The position numbers and the translations under genes were made by a program. 64,000 bases of DNA from the human T2T-CHM13v2.0 reference genome, Homo sapiens: NCBI RefSeq assembly GCF_009914755.1, contig NC_060929.1. One strand, written 5' to 3'. The notes beneath the pieces were generated by a model. It saw nothing but the letters and a program-made list of their open reading frames with translations. It was not told the origin of the DNA and made no database searches. Shown here piece after piece: positions 55,797 to 64,000 of this stretch (the first letter of the stretch is position 1; every line of letters starts with the position of its first letter).

Positions 55797-56225
55797 TATT
55801 ATGGACTAGATGTTTTTGACCCCCACCAAATTTAAATGTTAAAGCCCTAATTCCCAGAATAATTAGATTTGGAGATAGGGCCTCTAAGGAAGTAATTGAG
55901 GTTAAATGAGGTCCTAAGAGTGGGACCCTGATCCTATAAGATTAGTATCTTTATAACAAGACAGGGAGAACTCTCGCTCTCTGTCTCTATCTCTCTCTTT
56001 CACACACACACACACCCACACCCACACATACACCTTGGAAAGGACATGGGAGGACATAGCAAGAAGGCAACCATCTGCAAGTTAGGAAGACAGCACTCAT
56101 CAAAAACAATCCTGGTGCACCTTGATCTGGAACTATTAGCCTCCAGAACAATGAGAAAATAAATTTCTCATTTAAGTGACTCAATCTATGGGATTTTGTT
56201 ATGGCAGCCCAAGCAGACTAATACA
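55797..56225 (+). mobile_element. MLT1A/B-type MaLR solo LTR
   Basis: tatggactagatg...tttggagatagggcctc...ttgttatggcagcccaagcagactaataca. Confidence 0.85.
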
Positions 56226-56283
56226 AAGTACTAGTCTGTCCAACTTGGTGTACAGATCCAATAAGATTCAAATAACATCATAG

Positions 56284-56586
56284 TTTTTTGTTTTGTTTTG
56301 TTTTTGAGACAGAGTCTCACCCTCTTGCCCAGGCTGGAGTGGAGTGGTGCGATTTCAGCTCACTGCAATCTCTGTCTTTCGGGTTAAAGCCATTCTCATG
56401 CCTCAGCCTACCAAGCACCTGGGATTACAGACATGCACCACCACACCTGGCTAATTTTGTATTTTTAGTAGAGGCAGGATTTCACCATGTTGGCCAGGCT
56501 GATCTCGAACTCCTGACCTCAAGTGATCCACCTGTCTTGGCCTCCCGAAGTGCTGGGAGTACAGGAGTGAGCCACCACTCCCGGCC
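56284..56586 (-). mobile_element. Alu (AluS-like)
   Basis: Full dimer. Confidence 0.93.
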
Positions 56587-58554
56587 CCTAGCATGTTTTA
56601 AATATATTTTTGGTAAAGGTAAAATGTATGTGAAAATGCAAAAGATATAGAATTATTTTCAAAATACTTGGAGAATAAAACACAGTTGGTGCCTTACTTT
56701 TGAAGCTACAGTAATTAAGATAATGTGTTATTGGCCTAGCTATATATATAGAATAACCGAACAGAATTGATCATTCATAATTAGACCCCAAAGTATACAG
56801 TCAGTCGACTTTTGTCCAAAGTATGAGAACATTTCAATGAGGACAGGAAAGTTGTTTTCACAAATTATGCTAGAACAACTGGTTCTCTATATGGTAAACA
56901 AACAAAAAAATCACCTATTTATATATTATTATGCTATATACAAAAATATATTTACGTTCTAATGAAAATCTAAAACTATGTATTTTCTAGAAGCCAATAC
57001 AGAAGAATAACCTTATGATCTTAAGGTAATAAAGGATTTGTTAGACAGGACCCAAAAAGCACTAACTATAAAAAAATAATAAAATGGACTGCACTAAAAT
57101 TAAAACTTCTCCTCAATGTAAAGAAAATGAATGAGCAAGTCAGAGACTGGGGGTAAAATCATTTAGAATGCCTACATATTTGGTAAATATCTTATATCCA
57201 GAATATATAAACTCTTATAACACAATTATAAAATCCCAACTGCCCAATAAAATATTTGGGCAAACCTCAGAAACATCTTGAATAAACTGATATATACAAA
57301 TAGCCATTAAGCCATTTTATTAAGCCATATTAAGGATGCTCAGCATCCTTAGTCATCAGAGAAATGCAAATAAAAAACTACATTACACTGCTATTATATA
57401 CCTTTTAGAATGACTCATTGAAAGACTCTAACAACACCAATATTATCTAGGACACTGACTAATAGGAATTCTCATATACTAATTGTGACAGTGTAAATTT
57501 TTACATATATCCACCTGAGAAAATGAGAATGTTCTCATTAAGTTAACACATCCCTAGGCCATGACCCAGAACTCCATTTCTACACATTTGGAAAAAAAAA
57601 AGAAACTGTATGTGCACAAAAGGACCCAAAATGCCCATTAACAGGAAACGAGATACACAAACTATGATATACTAATATTGTGGAAGAGCACTCACTCAGC
57701 AATAAACAGGAATGAACCACTGATTAAAATAATAGCATACAAGATCCTCAAAAAATACGCTGAGAAAAAGAAGCTGGATATGTAAGAGTATATGCTCCAA
57801 AGGTCCATTTAAATAAAATTTTAAATGAAAGAATATTAATTCCTGTTGAATGAAATCAGAAAGGTGGTTGCCTATTGAAATAGGAAATGGACTGGGAAGA
57901 CACAGAGGGAAATTTCAGGGTAATGAAAATGATTTGTATTTTCATGTAATTGCAAATGTATATGTATTTGTCAAAACTCATCAAAGTACACTCCATGTCA
58001 GTGTACTTTGCTATATGTAAATTATACTTCAAAAATGTAAAAAAGTACTTCTCATAAGGACATTTAGAGAGAAAATTTAAATAAGCAAATAAGTAGTATC
58101 CCTTCTTCCTATAACTATGTATGCATTTTTTCTTTCTTTTCCTTTTGTCAGCAGTGTTGATATAAAAATGTACACTTCAATGATGTCTCAAATTTAGTCT
58201 CACCCAAAAAATTCAATTTTTAATCATGATCAAAACAGGAATGCAAGAAATTAAATGATTTTCCCATAATTTTATAGAGAGTAGCAGAGGGTGAAACTGA
58301 GGGTTCATGATCTATTCTCCAGAAAAATATCCACAAGACTGTTTGCCTGAATTATTTTGAGTTTTTAATGTAAGTAGCTTCAAAACTTTAAGAGTCTTGT
58401 TATAAACAAAAAACATAGGATAGAAACCAGAGAGAAAATATTAATATGTTGGAAATACGACATCCATAAAGAAATATTGGGCATGGAGAACATATTCTTA
58501 ATTTACATAAAAAGTAAAATTATTCAAAACTAAAGAATTTTAAGCAGGCAGCAC

Positions 58555-59655
58555 AATTAAAAAAAGATCAAAGAAATGTAATAGACATTTCTCCAAAGAA
58601 GACATCCAAATGGCCAGTAAGTACATAAAAAGATACTCAATATCACCAGTCATTAGGGAAATGCAAATCAAACCACAATGAAACATCATTTCATACCCAT
58701 AAGGATAGTTATTTCAACAACAAAAAACAGAAAACAAGTGTTGTCAAGAATCAGGTGAAATTGGAACCCTTGTGCATTGCTGGTGGGAATACAGAATGGT
58801 TCAACTGCTGTGGAAAACAATATGATACTTCACATAGGTAATTCACATAGAATTACCACATGATCCAGTAATTCCACTTTTGGGTATATACACAAGAGAT
58901 TGAAAGCAGGAATTTGAGCAGGTATTTGTATAGCAATGTTCATACCAGCATTATTAACTATAGCCAAAAGGTGGGAACAATCCAGATGTTCATCAACAGA
59001 TGAATGGATAAAGAAAATATGGTATATACACAATACAACATGATTCAGACTAAAAGAAAGGATTTCTTGTCCAGGAGCGGTGGTTCACACCTGTAATCCC
59101 AGCACTTTGGGAGGCTAAGGTGGGTGGATCACGAGGTCAGGAGTTCAAAACTAGCCTGGCCAAGATAATGAAACCCTGTCTCAACTAAAAATTCAAAAAT
59201 TAGCTGTCCGTGGTGGCAGGCACCTGTAATCCCAGCTACTCGGGAGGCTCAGGCAGGAGAATGGCATGAACACAAGAGGCGGAGCTTGCATTGAGCCGAG
59301 ATCGCATCACTGCACTCCAGCCTGGGCAACAGAGCGAGACTCTGTCTCAAAAAAAAAAAGAGAAAGGGTTCCTGAGACATGCTACAAAGTGAATAAATCT
59401 TGAAAACATATAATTCCACTTATATGAATTACTTAGAATAAGCAAATTTATAGAGACAGAAAATAGCATAGTGGTTACTATGGGTGAGGGAGATAAAGGG
59501 GAGTTATCGTTTAATTTGTATCATTTGAAATGATAAAAATATTCTAGATAGTAATGATGTTTGCACAATGCTGTAAATTAATAAACTGTACACTTAAAAA
59601 TGGCTAAAAAGTACATATTATGCTGTGGTTGTGTATATTTTTTACAATAATAAAA
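58555..59655 (+). mobile_element. L1MA/MB-type 3' fragment, interrupted by an Alu
   Basis: aatagacatttctccaaagaagacatccaaatggcca...cattagggaaatgcaaatcaaaccacaatg...acagatgaatggataaagaaaat. Confidence 0.88.
59068..59362 (+). mobile_element. Alu (AluS/Y-like)
   Basis: Full dimer with A tail. Confidence 0.93.
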
Positions 59656-60006
59656 TAAATCATAGGAATTTTAGAAGCATATTGATTTAATAAACTTGAT
59701 TTACAATGCCTTTTTCTACATATGCTAAAATAAATGCTACATATGTATGCATGTGAAAAACTCATTGAAATATTTTGAAAATAATTTTCATAAAAATAAT
59801 GGGTTTTCCTCCAAATCAGTAATTTCCAAAATAATCTGTAAAAATTTATTTAAAAATTACTGCATACTTTTTCTTCAAAATAATTTATTTTTAAAATAAA
59901 ATTTTAGCAGATAACATTTCAGATACATACTCTTTTTTCAAATCTTTTTCCTTATTGGGGAGATTCACTGTCATCAGTGTGAATCTTTATGTGAACAAAT
60001 GTGTGC

Positions 60007-60305
60007 TTTTTTTTTTTTTATTGATGGAGTCTTGCTCTGTCGCCCAGGCTGGAGTGCAGTGGCGTGATCTTTGCTCACTGCAACCTCTGCCTCCTGCGTT
60101 CAAGAAATTCTGCTGTCTCAGCCTCCCGAGTTGCATGGGACGACAGGCACGTGCCACGACGCCCGGCTAATTTTTTTGTATTTTTAGTAGAGACGGGGTT
60201 TCACCATATTGGACGGGCTGTTCTCGAACTCCTAACCTCAGGTGATCTGCCCGCCTCAGCCTCTCAAAGTCCTGGGATTACAGGCGTGAGCCACTGCGCC
60301 CGGCC
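60007..60305 (-). mobile_element. Alu (AluSx-like)
   Basis: Full dimer; flanks aacaaatgtgtg and aacaagtgtgtg. Confidence 0.93.
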
Positions 60306-60519
60306 AACAAGTGTGTGTTTTCTATGAGATTTGTTTTTGTCTGAAATTGGTCCAATTTTCTGTTAAATTGGGAATTACCCTCTTAGAGATATTAATTTGT
60401 AGAAACTTTTGCATACGATTTTAACACCAATAAAGTATTTCTATTCAACTTTGTTTTAACTGAAACAATAAGTTAAAGACAAGAAGAAACAGTAAGTCAA
60501 ACAATAAGACAAAAATAAT

Positions 60520-60850
60520 CATCTAGTTTGTGCATAGATTTACTAGCCTCAGTTCTGCCTTCAAGGATAGAGCGTTACTACAGTTGTACGAAATCCCTTT
60601 CAAGGATGCTTCACAGAGATGCCTAGTTCCGTTAGTGTCGGATAGAAGTGGAAGGTAAGGGCCTGGCCATTTCAGTTCAAAGAGGGACAATTCTGGTAGG
60701 ATATTTAAGCTCTAGAGACCCCAGAAGGTGGGTGGAGGCTGTAGAGATTGCATCACTGCCCAACTGTTGACGTTATCAAATTCCTATCCACAGATGTTTA
60801 TACGAAGAGCATTCCCGAATACATATTCTGATAGGCTATATCCTGCAACA
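60520..60850 (+). mobile_element. LTR16-like ERVL LTR
   Basis: ggcctggccatttcagttcaaagagggacaattctg...agctctagagacccc...tccacagatgtt. Confidence 0.6.
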
Positions 60851-61972
60851 CCCATACTCAAAATGTACACTGCTTGTTACCTTACTGTAAAATATATATA
60901 TATGTGTATATATATATACTAGAGTAAAATGGCCTCTGCATTTCTATCTAATCAAATCTTTAAAACTGTCTGTATGAAATATAAAGAAAATGTCTGCTTA
61001 TGATAGTTTTGTACTTCACATTTTTTATCTAATTTGCTTTGGAAGCTTTCAAATTTTACCTCATAGAAATAAGCTCGTTTTGAGAATGATTTGAAATATT
61101 TTTTGTTTTTTCAAAAAAAAAATTATGACCCGGCTAGACTCACTTCAGTGTGCAGTGTGAATGTACTACAACCTCTGGTTTTGAAGTCCTGCTGGCTTAT
61201 TACCTATTTTAATAAAGACTTGTTCCTGATGACGTGTTTTAAAATTTGGTCTGGATAAAGTAGAGGAATGGTGACCATCAGCCCATTCTTTCATTTAGAG
61301 GTTTCATATTCTTCACAATGGAATTTTCTGTCAGTGAAGAGCAAATTTAAGAGTTTTACGGAGAACCAATATTTTCTTTTCATGGAATCTCTCACAACCA
61401 GCATCTCAGTAATCTGAGGACTGTATACATGGGGTAAATATATTAATAATTCATATGCTTCAGTGCATTTTAATAGTTATGTTCACGATGAGCCTTGAAG
61501 ATTGTAGAGATAAAGGGCAAAACATTTTTAAGAAGTTGGAAAAAATTTAAGAAAAAAGCAGGATGTGAGAAATAATAGGGACAACTTCAATTAAGCTAAG
61601 AAAAGACTGATTAATGCTACAAGCCACAGGGGTCAACAGTAAGAAAATGCCTCAGAGAAAGGAATAACTGAGGGGTTATGTGACAAGAAAATAAATTAAT
61701 TTGAGTCAGATGCCAGGAAAGCATTATTACCCAGTCTGGAGTCAAGGTCAATGTAAGAACAACAAAGCAATTCAGAAGAAATTTTATATTGGCCATGAGA
61801 GCTAAATTTAAGACACTGACTAGAATAGAGCAGCAGGAAGGCAAAAAGTGGAGGAGATTTACTAAGCATTTATAATATGCTAGACAGAAAACCTACATAA
61901 GGTAGTCCATACATTATTACATTCAATTCTATAATAGCAATAGTTCTATGAAAAAAAAATAATGCTATGTAT

Positions 61973-62179
61973 CAATGAGCTGGCAAATCTTTAACAATTA
62001 GCTCTCTGGGAGCAGGAGTCCTGACTCGTAGTGTTTGCCAATTTCTGTGGTATAAATACTGCACCATACCCGATTTAAAACTACCCCCATGACCTCAGCT
62101 GGGCATGTAAAAATCCTAAAAAATTAACAATAGGCTCTTGCAAGTAAGCATGAGCCAGCTCCAGCACACCACACCATTG
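61973..62179 (-). mobile_element. MER63-like hAT element with perfect 8 bp TSD CTATGTAT
   Basis: Ends ...gagccagctccagcacaccac..ccattg. CTATGTAT at 61965-61972 and 62180-62187. Confidence 0.8.
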
Positions 62180-63663
62180 CTATGTATGTTTTACAAATGA
62201 AAACACTGCTACAAATAAAAAAAAAAAATCGACAGAAGGGTGGACTCAAATTTATGTAAAATTTTTCTGGTTTAAAATCCACGTTTTTACTAATCTACTA
62301 TTCAGGAAACAAGCAAACAAACAAAACAAAACAAAATTTGTTGTCTAGATTTCTTTTGTGAAGTCTATATTATCTTGGAGCTCTGTCTGAAGAAAAAATC
62401 AAAATTAACCTGGAACTTACAAGGACCCGGGAAAGCCAAGGAGCAGAGCTAGAGAAGTGAAGTCCGCCATCTTCTGGGAATGCGGAATGACACCTTTGAA
62501 CCATGCCTTTCAACTTCCAGGTAAAGAAGTAGCAATGCACAGAGAGAATTTCCCACTTCCTTTTTAAAACAGACTAAAGGAATTCGGCAGATCTAGAAGG
62601 AAAAATGCCAGCACCTTCTTTGAAGAAACCAAGAGATAGCCGGAAGCTATCTGCATGCTGTAAATTTTAAAATATCAGGAGAAAAAGACACGGGGAGAGG
62701 ATTTCTGGACCTGAGGATCTTAAAAAAGGAAAAGCTGACAGAATTCAGTTTGACAAAACAATTAATATTAAATGCCCCTCCCCCCAAAAAAATCAACACT
62801 ATCTTATTTAGAAAAAAGAGAGAGGTTATATTGGCTGATGGCAGGGGCATAGTGGATCAGTTCTGGCAGAAAAATAGCAAGGTAAAATGAATCAAAGAGT
62901 AGAATCGTATTTTCAGGAAGCCATGTATGTATGAGACTAAAAGAGGAGAAAATTTACAGTATAAGTAGTCTTAGAGCCACCAATTTCAGCTGACAATAAA
63001 GAAGAAAGCAAGCACACATAAATCTTGTGTCTTTCTCACACCATATTCACATAGACAGAGAATTCCTCATTCTTGCCTGTGCCTCACATATGATCTGTAA
63101 AAAACTGGGACAGAAAAGCTTTACTTTATTCAGACATAAGGACCTGGTCAGAATCTGTATAATTGTACTTAGAAAAAGAAAAAAAAAAAAAAAAAAAAAA
63201 GGAGAAGACGAGAAGACAGAACAAAAAGACGTACACAAAAAATAAAAAATAAAGATCACCAGAAAATAATGATAAAACAAATATAAATTGATTTCCAAAA
63301 GTAACAAGAACATGTGCTTTTATCTAACAAGACTCCAAATATTGATATGAGTTCATAGAAGATAGTGCAATAAAATAAAAGATACTGCAATACAATGAAA
63401 AATAAATATATAAATAGAGCTCGGGAAAAAATTTGAAGAGTTAAAAAATAGTGACAGAAATAAAGACATGATTGTAAACAGTTAAAAAGACAGTAGAAAT
63501 TGTTGTAAACATAGTAAATGAAAGAGAATACAAGACGAAGAAATCAAGCAAAGGGAATTATAAAAATAGAGTAAAAAGATTTAGAGAGAAAAATGAAGCA
63601 ATGAAGGGAGTTGTTTCCAAGAGTACCAGAATAATGAGGAAAGAAAGTTTAAAGACAAAAGCA

Positions 63664-63991
<328 letters not shown>

Positions 63992-64000
63992 TCAATTTTC

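Larger units (their letters stand above)
55430..58040 (+). mobile_element. Old L1M ORF2-to-3' end remnant, interrupted by an MLT1 LTR and an Alu
   Basis: tattcagacaacatgatg...aaaatcctaagaaatc; gtcatcagagaaatgcaaataaaa; tgtcaaaactcatcaaa...atgtaaattatacttcaa. Confidence 0.75.

Overview
AT-rich primate (almost certainly human) genomic DNA from inside the type II classical cadherin gene CDH10, which is transcribed on the minus strand. The window holds four complete coding exons (27568-27862, 25891-26010, 25300-25467, 1539-1726) and the 5' edge of the next one (1-31). Spliced with canonical GT-AG sites, they give an uninterrupted EC1-EC3 ectodomain segment ([10 protein letters not shown]...ITVKKPLDYESRRLY). 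The rest is intron: about 36 kb upstream of the first exon seen, and a 23.6 kb intron between 1727 and 25299. These introns contain Alu, L1, L2, MIR, MaLR/ERVL solo LTRs, DNA-transposon fossils and microsatellites. Nearly all other ORFs in the supplied track are repeat-derived or chance ORFs. I found no evidence of a novel protein-coding system. The most unusual unexplained structures are (1) a ~150 bp, ~90% identical inverted duplication 1.15 kb upstream of an exon, with a fold-back junction, (2) an old ~310 bp direct duplication split by L1 insertions, (3) an AT-rich palindrome, (4) a MADE1/miR-548-like hairpin, and (5) a weak splice donor with an open read-through frame that could give a truncated secreted cadherin. 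Repeat subfamily names and exon numbers come from recalled consensus sequences and annotation, not from a search, and repeat boundaries are approximate unless a target-site duplication (TSD) is cited.
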